From Vicinamibacteria bacterium (GTDB taxonomy: Bacteria > Acidobacteriota > Vicinamibacteria > Marinacidobacterales > Marinacidobacteraceae), in assembly GCA_963555995.3 (NCBI GenBank), contig OY821641.1:1472001-1536000 (forward strand): DNA of 64,000 nt, written 5' to 3'. This document shows, in pieces, positions 16,770 through 27,382 of the stretch. Position numbers and translations under genes: made by a program. A model generated the notes under the pieces. That model did no database searches. It was not told where the DNA came from and saw nothing but the letters and a program-made list of their open reading frames with translations. Within the stretch, counting starts at the first letter, position 1; each line of letters opens with the position of its first letter.

Positions 16770-18158
16770 TTGACTGAGTCGAACACCAGAATCGAGAAGG
16801 ACACCCTGGGAGCGGTAGCCGTTCCGGCGGAACGGCTCTACGGGGCGCAGACGGAGCGCTCCCGCCAGAACTTCCGGATCTCTGGGGAGCGGATGCCCCG
16901 GGAAATCGTGGCCGCGCTGGCCCTCGTCAAGAAGGCGGCGGCGCTCGTGAACCGGGACCTCGGCCGGCTCGCCGAGGAGAAGGCGGACGCCATCGCCGCC
17001 GCCGCCGACGAGGTGCTGGCCGGGAAGCATCCCGACGAGTTCCCGCTCCTCGTCTGGCAGACCGGGAGCGGCACCCAGTCCAACATGAACATGAACGAGG
17101 TGCTCGCGAACCGCGCCAGCGAGATCCTCGGCGGGCCGCGCGGCGAGGGGCGGCTGATCCACCCCAACGACGACGTGAACCGGGGCCAGTCCTCGAACGA
17201 CGTGTTCCCCACCGCGATGCACGTGGCGGCGGTGCTGGCCCTCGAGGAGCGGGTCCTCCCGGCGGTGCGGGCGCTCGCCGCGGCGCTCGCCGAACGGGCG
17301 GAGGCCTTCCAGTCGGTGGTGAAGATCGGCCGCACCCATCTTCAGGACGCCACCCCGCTCACCCTCGGCCAGGAGTTCTCGGGCTACGCCGCACAACTGG
17401 ACCACGGCGCCGCCCGCATCGAGGCGTCGCTCCCCCACCTCCGCGAGCTGGCGCTCGGGGGCACCGCGGTGGGGACGGGCCTGAACGCGCACCCCGAGAT
17501 GGGGGCGCGGGCGGCGACCTGGCTGAGCCGCCTGACCGGCTGCCGGTTCGTGACCGCGCCCAACAAGTTCGAGGCGCTCGCTTCGAAGGATGCGCTGGTC
17601 GCCGGCCACGGGGCGCTCAAGACCGTGGCGGTGTCGCTCCACAAGATCGCGAACGACATCCGCTGGCTGGCCTCCGGCCCGCGCTCCGGAATCGGGGAGA
17701 TCCGGATCCCGGCGAACGAACCGGGCAGCTCCATCATGCCGGGCAAGGTGAACCCGACCCAGTCCGAGGCGCTCCTGATGGCGACCGCCCAGGTCCTCGG
17801 CAACGACGTGGCCATCGGGGTCGGCGGGGCGGGAGGGAACTTCGAGCTGAACGTGATGAAGCCGCTGATCGCCCACAACTTCGTGGGGAGCGCCCGGCTC
17901 ATCGCGGACAGCTGCGACAGCTTCCGGGAACGCTGCGTGATCGGCATCGAGCCGAACGAGGGCCGCCTCCGCGAGAACCTGGAGCGCTCGCTGATGCTCG
18001 TCACCGCGCTGAACCCGCACATCGGCTACGACAACGCGGCGAAGATCGCCAAGAAGGCCTATGCCGACGGCACCTCGCTCAAGGAAGCGGCGCTCGCGCT
18101 CGGCCTCCTCACCGCCGAGCAGTTCGACGAGTGGGTCCGGCCGGACGCGATGGTCTAA
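16770..18158 (+). CDS. fumC: Class II fumarate hydratase
   Basis: [45 protein letters not shown], signature [16 protein letters not shown] start after GAGGAG. Confidence 0.95.
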   Translation: MTESNTRIEKDTLGAVAVPAERLYGAQTERSRQNFRISGERMPREIVAALALVKKAAALVNRDLGRLAEEKADAIAAAADEVLAGKHPDEFPLLVWQTGSGTQSNMNMNEVLANRASEILGGPRGEGRLIHPNDDVNRGQSSNDVFPTAMHVAAVLALEERVLPAVRALAAALAERAEAFQSVVKIGRTHLQDATPLTLGQEFSGYAAQLDHGAARIEASLPHLRELALGGTAVGTGLNAHPEMGARAATWLSRLTGCRFVTAPNKFEALASKDALVAGHGALKTVAVSLHKIANDIRWLASGPRSGIGEIRIPANEPGSSIMPGKVNPTQSEALLMATAQVLGNDVAIGVGGAGGNFELNVMKPLIAHNFVGSARLIADSCDSFRERCVIGIEPNEGRLRENLERSLMLVTALNPHIGYDNAAKIAKKAYADGTSLKEAALALGLLTAEQFDEWVRPDAMV

Positions 18159-19126
18159 CCGCTGTTCCGGACCGCCTCGGTCACCGCCGGGATGACCTCC
18201 AGGGCGTCGCCGACGATGCCGACGTCCGCGGCCCCAAAGATGGGGGCGTCCGGGTCCTTGTTGATGGCCACCACGAACCGGGAGCCGCGCATGCCCACGA
18301 GATGCTGGATGGCGCCGGAGATGGCGCAGGCCACGTAGAGCTTCGGCGACACGGTGGCGCCGCTCGAGCCGATCTGGAGTTCGTGGGGGAGCCAGCCGGC
18401 GTCGGTCACGGCGCGGGAAGCGCCGACCACGCCGCCGAGCGCCGCCGCCAGTTCGCGCACCATGTCGAGGTTCTCGGGACCGCCGAGGCCGCGGCCGGCC
18501 GCCACCACCACGTCCGCCGCCGTCAGGTCCACCCCGCCGGCGCCCGAGTCCCGGACCTCGACGAGGCGCGAACGCAGGTCGTTCGGACCCACGGGCGAGG
18601 GAAGGATGCGCACCGAGACCGCCGGACCGGGTTCCCGAGCCGGAAGGGCCCCGCGTTCCACCGTGACCACCGCGGGAAGCCCGGGCGCCACCACTTCCTG
18701 GACGAACTTCCCGAGGAAGGCGGAGCGCCGGGCGACGAGTCCGTCCTCGCGCCAGGAGAGCGCCGACACCGCGGTGGCGGCGGCGGTCCGAAGCCGCGCC
18801 GCGACCAGCGGCGCGACGTCCCAGCCGACCGGGTCGTGGGGCAGGAGAACACACTCGGCGCCGCTCGCCTCCCGGGCGTGCAGGACGGCGGCGGCGGTCC
18901 CGTCCGCGGTCGGGGCCGCGTGCGCCGGCCCTTCCACGAGCAGGAGTTCCGCCGCCGGCAGGACTTCGCGCAGCCCTTCGGCCTCGCTGGCGTCACCGAC
19001 CGGAAGGACGGCGCTCACCCCGTCCGGCCCGGCGGCGAGCCGGGAGGCGGCTTCGATCAGTTCGTAGCTGGCGTCGGTGACGCCGTTCTCGCTCCGCTCC
19101 GCGAGGATCAGGACCCGGCGGCTCAT
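18155..19126 (-). CDS. etfA: Electron transfer flavoprotein alpha subunit
   Basis: [45 protein letters not shown]. Confidence 0.92.
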   Translation of the reverse strand: MSRRVLILAERSENGVTDASYELIEAASRLAAGPDGVSAVLPVGDASEAEGLREVLPAAELLLVEGPAHAAPTADGTAAAVLHAREASGAECVLLPHDPVGWDVAPLVAARLRTAAATAVSALSWREDGLVARRSAFLGKFVQEVVAPGLPAVVTVERGALPAREPGPAVSVRILPSPVGPNDLRSRLVEVRDSGAGGVDLTAADVVVAAGRGLGGPENLDMVRELAAALGGVVGASRAVTDAGWLPHELQIGSSGATVSPKLYVACAISGAIQHLVGMRGSRFVVAINKDPDAPIFGAADVGIVGDALEVIPAVTEAVRNSG

Positions 19127-19902
19127 GCCGGGTCTCCGGGAAAGGAGATTCCGGCGCCGGCCCGCATCCGGGGAACGAGCGCCTCCGCCGCCTCCTGCGG
19201 AGAACCCTGGAGGATCTCGGCGCTCGCGCCCCGCTCGGGCCTGCTGAGCGTCAGCCGGCGGAGCCCGGCGCCGTCGGTGGGGGCGGCGAGCTCGACGCGC
19301 TCCACCGGCTTCCGCCGCGAGGCCATGATGCCGCGCAGGCTCGCGTAGCGCGGGGTGTTGACCCCCGTCTGGACGGCCACCACCGCCGGCAGGCGCAGTT
19401 CCACGACGGCGATCCGGCCGCCTTCGAGTTCGCGGTGCACTTCGAGGCGCCCGTTGCGGAAGTGCAGTCCGGTGGCGGCGGAGGCGAACGCGTAGCCGAG
19501 CAGGCCCGCCACCAGCCCTCCCACCTGTCCGTGGCCGCTGTCCTCGGCGAGGAGGCCGGCGAACACCACGCCGGCGTCGAGCCCGGATACGGCATCGGCG
19601 AGCGCCCGCGCCACGAAGAAGGGGTCGGCGAGGTGCGCCCGGTCGGTGACCAGGTGGACCCCGCGGTCCACGCCCATCGCCAGGCAACTGCGCAGCACCT
19701 GGCCCGCGTCGGCCGGGCCGGCGGTGACCGCCACCGTCTCCGCCGCGTGTCCCGCCTCCTTGAGCGCCAGGGCCGCCTCGACGGCGTAACGGTCGTAGTC
19801 GTTGACGCCGTACCCTAGGCTGGACTCGTCAATCCAGTCGCCCGCCGGGCGAAAGGCGGAGTTGCGGTCGGGGACCTGCTTGACGAGGGCGACGGCGTTC
19901 AT
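19123..19902 (-). CDS. etfB: Electron transfer flavoprotein beta subunit
   Basis: VKQVPD, NDYDRYAVEAAL, LAMGVD, PRYASLRGIM; coupled to etfA. Confidence 0.92.
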   Translation of the reverse strand: MNAVALVKQVPDRNSAFRPAGDWIDESSLGYGVNDYDRYAVEAALALKEAGHAAETVAVTAGPADAGQVLRSCLAMGVDRGVHLVTDRAHLADPFFVARALADAVSGLDAGVVFAGLLAEDSGHGQVGGLVAGLLGYAFASAATGLHFRNGRLEVHRELEGGRIAVVELRLPAVVAVQTGVNTPRYASLRGIMASRRKPVERVELAAPTDGAGLRRLTLSRPERGASAEILQGSPQEAAEALVPRMRAGAGISFPGDPA

Positions 19903-19916
19903 GGAATTCGGGCCGT

Positions 19917-20534
19917 ATGATCGCCGCGCTAGCGTCCGGGGGCAAGGTGAGCGGCAAAGTTCCGAGAGGGTCCTTCGTGGTGGCGGGAATCCTCGCGCTG
20001 GCGACCGGGCTCGGCCTGCTCGCGGTCGCCGGGAAACCGACCGCCGTCCGGCGGCCGGACCCGGTGGACCGGCCGGTCCTGCTGATCCCGGACTTCGACA
20101 ACCGCACCGGCCGGGGCGAGTTCACGCCTCTGGCGCAAGCGCTCACCGAGGCGGTGCGGGCGCGTCTCGAGCGGACCCCGGACGGCATCTTCGAACTCTC
20201 GCCGCGGCGGCTGCGTCCCGCGTTCGGCCCGCGGGAGCGCGAGGAGGGGCTGGTCGGTATCGCCGGCCGGCTGGGCGCGGACTACGTGCTCGCGGGAAGC
20301 CTGGAGTCGGGGCCGGGTGGGGATCTGGACCCCGGGTCCTCGTGGGCCCCTCCGGCGGGCGCCGGAGAGGGTGGCGGTGAAGTCCGTCTGGACGTTCTCC
20401 TGGTCCGGGATTCCGATCCGCCCCACGTGTTCGCGGAGCGGTTCCCGCTGGGCCGGCCGGATCCGGGGCAGGACGCCGAGACCCTGACGGCCTGGGTCGC
20501 CGAACGCATCGCGCTCTCGCTCACCCGGCCCTGA
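19917..20534 (+). CDS. Hypothetical membrane-anchored protein with TolB-N/CsgG-like domain
   Basis: N-terminal TM segment, then IPDFDNRTG...LTEAVRARL...LGADYVLAGSL. Start uncertain. Confidence 0.55.
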   Translation: MIAALASGGKVSGKVPRGSFVVAGILALATGLGLLAVAGKPTAVRRPDPVDRPVLLIPDFDNRTGRGEFTPLAQALTEAVRARLERTPDGIFELSPRRLRPAFGPREREEGLVGIAGRLGADYVLAGSLESGPGGDLDPGSSWAPPAGAGEGGGEVRLDVLLVRDSDPPHVFAERFPLGRPDPGQDAETLTAWVAERIALSLTRP

Positions 20535-20585
20535 CCGGCGGCGGGCTCGGCTGCCGTGAGAATGCAGTCCCGCCGGTCATGAGAA

Positions 20586-20754
20586 CGGCTTGGAGCGCCG
20601 GCTTCAGCCGGCACCGCGGGCCGAAGGCCCGCGGACGTCTTGCCGCTGTTCGCGATGATGGACTGCGAGCCGAGCGTCATCGGGCAGGTCAGCGTCGTGC
20701 CGTGCGTTGCGCTGTCGCGCAGCGCGTGCCGGCTGAAGCCGGCGCTCCAGGCCG
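20586..20754. repeat. Family A REPIN-like inverted pair
   Basis: cggcttggagcgccggcttcagccggcac is inverted to gtgccggctgaagccggcgctccaggccg. It is preceded by the shared flank gagaatgcagtccc. Confidence 0.85.
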
Positions 20755-20764
20755 GCGGCGCCCC

Positions 20765-22024
20765 TTACCGTAGGCGCACGGTGTCCCAGGAGTCCCAGGC
20801 GGAGGTGTCCGAGAGGATGATCTCGTCGCCTTCGGCGAGCCCGGCCAGCACCTCGATGCGGTTCACGGAGCCCCGGCCGAGTTCCACCGGCACCCGTTCG
20901 GCGGTCTCCCCGTCGGGAGCGATGCGGAAGAGGCCGACGGTGCTCCCCGGCTGGCCGTACGCCGGCCGGCCGATGTGGAGGGTGTCCGGGATGCGGTCCA
21001 GCTCGATCGTGCCGTCCACCGAGAGGTCGGGGCGCGCGCCGCGGGGGAGCTCGCCGGTGATCGCGATGTCCACGGCCACGGTCCCGTCGCGGACCGCCGG
21101 GTCCACCCGGGAGACGACGCCGCCCACGACCCCGTTCCGGGTGTCCACGAGCGCCGGCTGGCCGGGTTCGATGTCGCGCGCCTGCGTCTCGGCGATCCGC
21201 AGCACCGCCTTGAGTTCCCGGGGATCCGCGACCCGCGCGAGGTTCTGCCCGGGATTCACCTCCTGGCCGACCTCGACCGGCACCTCCAGCAGCGTTCCGG
21301 CGCGTCCGGCCCGCACCGTGAGGGCGGCGAGCTGCCGCCGGCGGAGTTCCAGCACCGCCCGGTAGCGCGCGACCGTCGCTTCCTTGGAGGCGACCTGCGC
21401 CTCGCTGGAGTCGGCCAGGATGGAGAGGCGCTCCTCCTCGAGGGCGTGGCGGGTCTCCAGTTCCTCGGCGCTCACCTGGCTCCGGCGGTGGATCAGTTCC
21501 CCGACCAGCCCCGCCTCGAAGAGCTTCCGGTCCGCGTCGGCGCGGCGGCGCGCCCGGGCCGAGGAGGCGGCGAGCTGGCCAGCCGCGTTCCGCTGCTCCA
21601 GCAGGTCGGAACGGGTCTGGTCGAGCAGCCGCCGCAGTTCCGCCTCCTGGGCGCGAAGCTGGAGTTCGGCCTCGCGGGTCTGCTGTTCGAGTTCGGGATT
21701 CGAAAGGACCAGCAGCACGGTGTCCACCTCGACCGGGGTGCCGGGAAGCACGCGGCGTTCCTCGACCCGCCCGCGGGTCTCGGCGGCCAGCCAGCGGATT
21801 TGTTCGGGCGGTACCTGGAGGCTGCCCGGTCCCCGGACCTGCCGGACCAGTTCGCCCCGTTCGACGACGCCCGTCCAGACGACCGAGCGATCCACTTCGG
21901 GCGCGCCGGGAGCGATGCTGCCGAGCAGCAGCAACACCGCCAGCAGCGCGGCGGCGCCCCCGCTGGCGAGGAGCAGCCGCCGGCTACGGCGTTTCCGCTG
22001 CCGGTCGGCGATCTGGAAGTCCAC
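20765..22024 (-). CDS. HlyD/MacA-type periplasmic adaptor (membrane fusion) protein
   Basis: N-terminal TM, lipoyl-like VLPGTPV and VEVGQEV, long coiled coil, RVDPAVRDGTV, GLAEGDEIILSD. Confidence 0.85.
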   Translation of the reverse strand: MDFQIADRQRKRRSRRLLLASGGAAALLAVLLLLGSIAPGAPEVDRSVVWTGVVERGELVRQVRGPGSLQVPPEQIRWLAAETRGRVEERRVLPGTPVEVDTVLLVLSNPELEQQTREAELQLRAQEAELRRLLDQTRSDLLEQRNAAGQLAASSARARRRADADRKLFEAGLVGELIHRRSQVSAEELETRHALEEERLSILADSSEAQVASKEATVARYRAVLELRRRQLAALTVRAGRAGTLLEVPVEVGQEVNPGQNLARVADPRELKAVLRIAETQARDIEPGQPALVDTRNGVVGGVVSRVDPAVRDGTVAVDIAITGELPRGARPDLSVDGTIELDRIPDTLHIGRPAYGQPGSTVGLFRIAPDGETAERVPVELGRGSVNRIEVLAGLAEGDEIILSDTSAWDSWDTVRLR

Positions 22025-22044
22025 TCGGCCTCCGCGGTTGTCCC

Positions 22045-23919
22045 CTAGTCGAAGAAGAGTCCCGGCAGCGCCAGGGTCAGATACGGGACATAGGTCACCA
22101 GCAGCACCGCGCCGGCCCGGATCAGCAGGAAGGGCACCGACGCGCGATAGACCTCGCCGAGCGGCCGCTTGAACCGGTAGGAGGCGAGGAAGAGGTTCAT
22201 GCCCACCGGCGGCGTCAGGTAGCCGAGCTCGAGGTTCGTGAGGAAGATGACCCCGAGGTGGAGGGGATCAATCCCGAAGGCGAGTCCGAGCGGCGCGACC
22301 AGCGGCACCACGACCACGATGGCCGAGTAGATGTCCATGAGGCAGCCGACGATCAGCAGGAAGATGTTCAGCAGCAGCAGGAAAAAGAGCGGGGAGGCCA
22401 CGAACGACTGCACCCAGTCGATCGCCATCCCCGGGATGTCGGCGAAGATCAGGTAGTTCGTGAGCCCGAGCGCGGCGCCCAGGATGATCAGCACGCCGCC
22501 GATCAGGGTCACCGCGTTGGCCCCGGTGCGGACGAGGTCCGCGAACGTCTTCCCCTCGCGGTGGATCACGAACTCGATGAACAGGGCGTAGAGGACGGTG
22601 ATGGCGGCGGCTTCCACGAGCGTCGCGAAACCCCCGACCATCACGCCGATGACCACGAAGGGGATGGAGGCCTCCCACTTCGCGGTCCAGAGCGCCTCGG
22701 CCGCCTCGCGGACCCGGAAGGACGACGCTTTCCCCGCGAAGCGCCGGGTCACCAGGATGGTGAACCCGGCGACCAGCACGACCTGGAGGGCCGAAGGAAC
22801 GAGTCCGGCCACGAAGAGCCGCGGGATGTCCACCTCGGCGACGATCGCGTAGAGGATGACCGCGACCGAGGGGGGAATCAGGAGGCCGAGCGAACCCGCC
22901 GCGGTCAGGAGCCCGGTTGCGAACTTGGGCCGGTGCCCATCGGCCAGCAGCAGGGGGAACATCAGGCCCCCCATCGCCAGGATGGTGACGCCGCTGCCCC
23001 CGGTGAAACAGGTGAAGAACGCGGACATCACGATCGCTACCACCGCCACCCCGCCCGGCATCCAGCCGAAGACGCCGCGGAAGAGCACCACGAGGCGCTT
23101 GGGAGCGCCGCCCTCCGCGAGGATGTAGCCCGCGAGGGTGAAGAGCGGGATGGTCGGCAGCATGGGCTTCGTGACCATGCTGTAGGCCTCGGCGGGGATC
23201 GCCGAGACCGGGTCCCAGTTGCTCCACAGCAGCACCGCGGCGGCGCCGCCGAGCGCCACGAAGATCGGCGCCCCGAACGCCGCGGCGATCAGGATGAGGG
23301 CGAGGAGCGGCCATTCGATCCCGTTTCCGGTGAGGTCCCACCCGGTGAGTCCCTCGTGGAGCAGCAGGGGAATCGCGAGGCCGAGGATCGCCGTCCAGCG
23401 GCCCCAGCGGGTCGGGACGCGGCGCCAGAGCCGCCAGGCGATCAGCCCGAAGCCGGCCGGCATGACCGCCACGGCGACCCACACCGGGACGCCGAGCGCG
23501 AGTTCCCGGCCGCCCTCCCACTCGGCCCGGGTCAGGATCACACTGGCGTAGGAGAGCGCGACCGACACCACCACCCCGACCGCCCCCGAAAGGGACAGGA
23601 GGCGCGGCCTCCAGACCTCGGAGACCATGCTCGGGCCGGCGCTCAGCGAGAGCAGTTCACCCCGGCGGGACGCCACCGCCGCCCCCAGGAAGGCGACCCA
23701 GAGCGTCAGGTGCTGCACCCACATCGAGGAGCCCGGGATGCCCGTCGGATAGACCGGCCGGATGAGCGCCTCGACGATCGGGAGCGCCGCCATGAGGACG
23801 AGCGCGCCGACGGAGACCGCGTCCTCGAAGACCGCGAGTCGGCTCCGGGGCGGAACGGCGGCCGGTTCCGGGGTCGCGGCGGCCCCCTCCGGGAGAGCCC
23901 CTGCGGCGTCCGGACTCAT
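22045..23919 (-). CDS. TRAP transporter fused small/large permease (DctQM)
   Basis: TIPLFTLAG, GGSGVTILAMGG, GSLGLLIPPS, YLTPPVGMNLF; N-terminal DctQ-like 4 TM. Confidence 0.9.
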   Translation of the reverse strand: MSPDAAGALPEGAAATPEPAAVPPRSRLAVFEDAVSVGALVLMAALPIVEALIRPVYPTGIPGSSMWVQHLTLWVAFLGAAVASRRGELLSLSAGPSMVSEVWRPRLLSLSGAVGVVVSVALSYASVILTRAEWEGGRELALGVPVWVAVAVMPAGFGLIAWRLWRRVPTRWGRWTAILGLAIPLLLHEGLTGWDLTGNGIEWPLLALILIAAAFGAPIFVALGGAAAVLLWSNWDPVSAIPAEAYSMVTKPMLPTIPLFTLAGYILAEGGAPKRLVVLFRGVFGWMPGGVAVVAIVMSAFFTCFTGGSGVTILAMGGLMFPLLLADGHRPKFATGLLTAAGSLGLLIPPSVAVILYAIVAEVDIPRLFVAGLVPSALQVVLVAGFTILVTRRFAGKASSFRVREAAEALWTAKWEASIPFVVIGVMVGGFATLVEAAAITVLYALFIEFVIHREGKTFADLVRTGANAVTLIGGVLIILGAALGLTNYLIFADIPGMAIDWVQSFVASPLFFLLLLNIFLLIVGCLMDIYSAIVVVVPLVAPLGLAFGIDPLHLGVIFLTNLELGYLTPPVGMNLFLASYRFKRPLGEVYRASVPFLLIRAGAVLLVTYVPYLTLALPGLFFD

Positions 23920-23960
23920 GGTTCCCCGGGGCGGATTCCGTGGGTCAGCCCGCGGACGGG

Positions 23961-24992
23961 CTACTCATGGGCGGCCCGGTACTCGTCGCGCAGCCGGATC
24001 ATGCGGTCGAACACCGGCGGGGAGACGAGCTGCTCCCGGACCAGCGGGAAGAGCTTCTCGGCGGTCTCCATCCAGGCGTTCTCGAACTCGGAGGAGGCCT
24101 CGATCACCTCCAGACCCCGCGACTTCATCGCCGCGAGCGACTTCCGTTCCTGCTCGCGGTTGGTCTCGCGGAACGAGACCGCCGCCTCGTTGCTCTTGCG
24201 GAGCACCACTTCCTGCTGGGACGGGTCGAGCCGTTCCCAGCCCTGCTCGTGCACGATGATGGCGCCCTGGAGCGGCGCCCAGGGCAGGTCGTTCATGAAC
24301 TTGGCCGAGCGGTAGATCTGGGACCCCTCCGCGAGGACGATCGGCAGCGGGACCGCCTCGATGAGTCCGGTCTGGAAGCCGCTCACCAGCTCGACCGAAC
24401 TGATCTGGACCGGGTCGAGCCCCGACCAGCGCAGGAGATCGAGGACCGTCTGGTCGTTCGAGGCGCCCGCCAGCTTCAGCCCCTGCAGGTCTTCGAGGGT
24501 ACGGACGGGGTCGCTCGCGAAGAAGTGGAGCCAGCCCACGTCGGCCCAGGCGATCACCTGGAACCCGTGCCCGCGCAGCGTTTCCGCGATCGCCGGGTTC
24601 ATGGCCTCCCGGACGTGGTCCCATTCGGGATAGTCGCGGAACACCATCGGGATGGAGAGCGTCCAGGCGCTCGGGTCCAGCTCGGCGAGTCCCACGTTGG
24701 AGACCGCGGCCATCTGCACCTGGCCGATCCGCATCTTGCTGATCATCGCGGTCTCGTCGCCCGCGGCGCCGCCGGCGATGATTCGGATGCGCACCTCGCC
24801 GCCGGTCTCGCGGCCGATCTCGGCGGCCATCTTGTCGAGGATCAGGTGGTACGCCGATCCCCGCGGCGCGACGGTCGCGAGCCGCAGGTTGACCCGCGCC
24901 TCGGCGGCGGCCGCCGGCAGGAGAAGCGCGAGACCGAGCGCCGCCAGCGCGCGGCAGCGCCCGGCCGGAAGAAGTTTCCTGACGTTCTGCAT
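23961..24992 (-). CDS. TRAP substrate-binding protein DctP (TatP-type)
   Basis: Signal peptide then LRLATVAPRGS, GDETAMISKMRIGQV; located between tatT and dctQM. Confidence 0.85.
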   Translation of the reverse strand: MQNVRKLLPAGRCRALAALGLALLLPAAAAEARVNLRLATVAPRGSAYHLILDKMAAEIGRETGGEVRIRIIAGGAAGDETAMISKMRIGQVQMAAVSNVGLAELDPSAWTLSIPMVFRDYPEWDHVREAMNPAIAETLRGHGFQVIAWADVGWLHFFASDPVRTLEDLQGLKLAGASNDQTVLDLLRWSGLDPVQISSVELVSGFQTGLIEAVPLPIVLAEGSQIYRSAKFMNDLPWAPLQGAIIVHEQGWERLDPSQQEVVLRKSNEAAVSFRETNREQERKSLAAMKSRGLEVIEASSEFENAWMETAEKLFPLVREQLVSPPVFDRMIRLRDEYRAAHE

Positions 24993-25002
24993 GGCGAAAT
25001 CC

Positions 25003-25944
25003 CTACTGATTCTGCATGTCCTCGAGGAAATAGTCCTCGACGTTCCCGAGCAGCCAGGCGGCCCGCACCTGGGCCACCTGGTTCACGAGGCGCGAGCCGG
25101 GCTCGCTGTCGATGTCGAAATCGAGCGCCTGCCGCAGCAGGGTCTCGAACTCCTCCCGGTCGCCGCTGGCGACGGAGCCGCTCTCGGCCCAACTGGACCA
25201 GAGCACCGGCCGCCGCTCCGGGCCGATCTGGAGGGCGTGTTCGTAGTACTCGCGGGCCTCTTCGACCGAGCCCCCGATGCGCGAGACCTCGTAGAGGCTG
25301 AGGTAGTCGTACACGACCCCGTCGTCCACGGTGTCGTCGAGTTCGCGGGAGCGGTGGAGCAGGGCGCCCATCAGGGCGAGGTCCGCGGTGGCTTCGGGGT
25401 TGTCGGTGTCCATCGCGATCCAGGCGCCGAGGGCGGTGCCGGTCCACAGGGCCAGGGCCGCGTCCTCGACCTCCAGTTCGGCGGCGGCGGCTTCCGGATC
25501 GCTCCGGAGGCGCGCCTCGATCCCCCGGTGGTTCACCTCCAGACCGCGCATGCCGTAGTTCGTGGCGCGGCGGTAGAGCCGGGCGGCGCGTCGCCGGACC
25601 GCCTGCTTCTCCTCGAACTGGGTGAAGTCGAGTTCGAAGAGGTCCGGCTCCACGAAACCGTAGGTGAACAGCAGGAACCCCTTGGTCGCGCTCAGCAGCA
25701 TGTCCCGGTGCTCGGGGCTCGTCTCGAGCATCGTCTCCATGAGCCAGAGGTTGTTCGCGAGCGGGGCCTTCACGAGGTCGAGGTCGTCGTCGGAACGGAA
25801 GACGGCCTCCCCCTCCGCAAGCAGCCCGGCGATGGAGTTCACCGCCATGTTGGCCACCAGGGAACACCCCGGCAGGAACGCCAGCGCGGCCGTCAGGCTC
25901 GCCGTGAGGGCGAAACGCGCGGTCCCGGTCCCGGTGGCGCTCAT
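25003..25944 (-). CDS. TRAP-associated TatT (TPR-like) lipoprotein
   Basis: Lipobox LAFLPGC, DDDLDLVK, RAARLYRRA..YG, GGSVEEAREYYEHAL; adjacent to dctP-dctQM. Confidence 0.8.
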   Translation of the reverse strand: MSATGTGTARFALTASLTAALAFLPGCSLVANMAVNSIAGLLAEGEAVFRSDDDLDLVKAPLANNLWLMETMLETSPEHRDMLLSATKGFLLFTYGFVEPDLFELDFTQFEEKQAVRRRAARLYRRATNYGMRGLEVNHRGIEARLRSDPEAAAAELEVEDAALALWTGTALGAWIAMDTDNPEATADLALMGALLHRSRELDDTVDDGVVYDYLSLYEVSRIGGSVEEAREYYEHALQIGPERRPVLWSSWAESGSVASGDREEFETLLRQALDFDIDSEPGSRLVNQVAQVRAAWLLGNVEDYFLEDMQNQ

Positions 25945-26006
25945 GGCACCGGAAGGTTACTCCCTGGGGGGACGCGGGGCGGGGAAGCGGATAGCCTCCG
26001 CGCGTC

Positions 26007-26567
26007 ATGCGCGTTTCCCGTCTTTTTCTGCGGTTCCGGTCCGTCCCGCTGCTCCTGATCGCTGCGGGCGGGCTGCTGTTCTCCGCCTGCGGATCGCCGG
26101 AGCCTCCGCCGCCCGCCCGGCCCGCCGCCGGGGAGTCCCGGCCCGCGCCCGACCCCATCGTGGGGTCCTGGCGGCCGCGCGAGTACCGCCTCGCCGCCGG
26201 GGAGACGCTGCCGGTGGACGGCCGGATCGTGTTCCTCGCCCGGAGCGATGACGGCAGCCGCGGCGAATGGTCGGTGAACTTCTTCGTGACCGGCGAGGAC
26301 GGCGCCGCGGTCCGGGGATCGGCCGAGGGCGGGGAGTGGTCGCGCGACGGCAGGTCCCTGTTGCTCACCCACCAGTTCCATCTTTCGGCGGGCGGCGCGT
26401 CCGGGCCGCTGCCCGAGGCGCCGCTGGCGATGGCGTTCCGTTCGGCGGCGGAGGCGGACCGGAACCACCGCGAGCCCTGCGAGGTCACGGTGGAGGGGGC
26501 CGTGCTGACGCTCCACTTCCCGAGCGGCAACTCGATGACCTTCGAGCGCGTCGAGGCCCTCCGGTAG
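26007..26567 (+). CDS. Hypothetical lipoprotein (lipocalin-like beta-rich)
   Basis: Lipobox LFSAC, Pro-rich linker, IVGSW motif, C-terminal LTLHFPSGNSMTFER. Confidence 0.65.
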   Translation: MRVSRLFLRFRSVPLLLIAAGGLLFSACGSPEPPPPARPAAGESRPAPDPIVGSWRPREYRLAAGETLPVDGRIVFLARSDDGSRGEWSVNFFVTGEDGAAVRGSAEGGEWSRDGRSLLLTHQFHLSAGGASGPLPEAPLAMAFRSAAEADRNHREPCEVTVEGAVLTLHFPSGNSMTFERVEALR

Positions 26568-26601
26568 CGGGGTGCCCGGACCAGCCGCCATGGCGCCGCC
26601 G

Positions 26602-26850
26602 GCTTGGAACGCCGGTCTCCAGACCGGCACGCACGGCGCTCCGCGCCGTGCACGGCCCGACCTTGACCTGCGGGATGGCGTGCAGCTTGGAACGCCGGTC
26701 TCCAGACCGGCACGCACGGCGCTCCGCGCTGTGCACGGCCCGACCTTGACCTGCGGGATGGCGTGCAGCTTGGAACGCCGGTCTCCAGACCGGCACGCAC
26801 GGCGCTCCGCGCCGTGCACGGCCCGACCTTGACCTGCGGGATGGCGTGCA
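26602..26850 (+). repeat. Tandem array of three 83-bp family A-derived units
   Basis: Units start at 26602, 26685 and 26768. They are identical except for one C>T in unit 2 (gcgctgtgc vs gcgccgtgc). Confidence 0.95.
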
Positions 26851-26902
26851 GGAGGAATAGGATGTTGACCCACAATCCTCCGCGCGGAGGGGAGACGCAT
26901 TG

Positions 26903-27382
26903 ATGAGAGAGACCACGCTCACGGTCAACGGCAAGACCCATACGCTCAACGTCGATCCGGCGACGCCGCTGCTCTACGTCCTCCGGAACGACCTGGGGCT
27001 GCGGGGGCCGCGCTTCGGCTGCGGCCTGGCCCAGTGCGGGACGTGCACGGTGCTGATGGACGGGCGGCCGATCCGTTCGTGCATCCTGCCGGTTTCCCGT
27101 ACCCGGGGCGAGATCACGACCCTGGAGGGACTGCCCGAGGACGGGCAGTTGCACCCGGTCCAGCAGGCCTGGATTGACGAGCAGGTCCCGCAGTGCGGCT
27201 TTTGCCAGAACGGCCAGATCCTCACCGCCGCGGCGCTGCTGGACAACAACCCGAACCCGTCCGACGACGAGATCCGCGGGGGCATGAACCCGATCCTCTG
27301 CCGCTGCATGACCTACTTCCGGATCCAGTCCGCGGTGAAACGCGCCGCGGCGGTGATGGCCGAAGGGGAGGCCGACCGATGA
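26903..27382 (+). CDS. (2Fe-2S) small subunit of xanthine dehydrogenase/aldehyde oxidoreductase family
   Basis: FGCGLAQCGTCTV, QCGFCQNG, LCRC. Confidence 0.92.
   Translation: MRETTLTVNGKTHTLNVDPATPLLYVLRNDLGLRGPRFGCGLAQCGTCTVLMDGRPIRSCILPVSRTRGEITTLEGLPEDGQLHPVQQAWIDEQVPQCGFCQNGQILTAAALLDNNPNPSDDEIRGGMNPILCRCMTYFRIQSAVKRAAAVMAEGEADR

Noticed and set aside
26602-26850. Possible CRISPR array
   Set aside because: The units are identical along all 83 bp with no unique spacers, the repeat belongs to the dispersed family A, and no cas genes are present.
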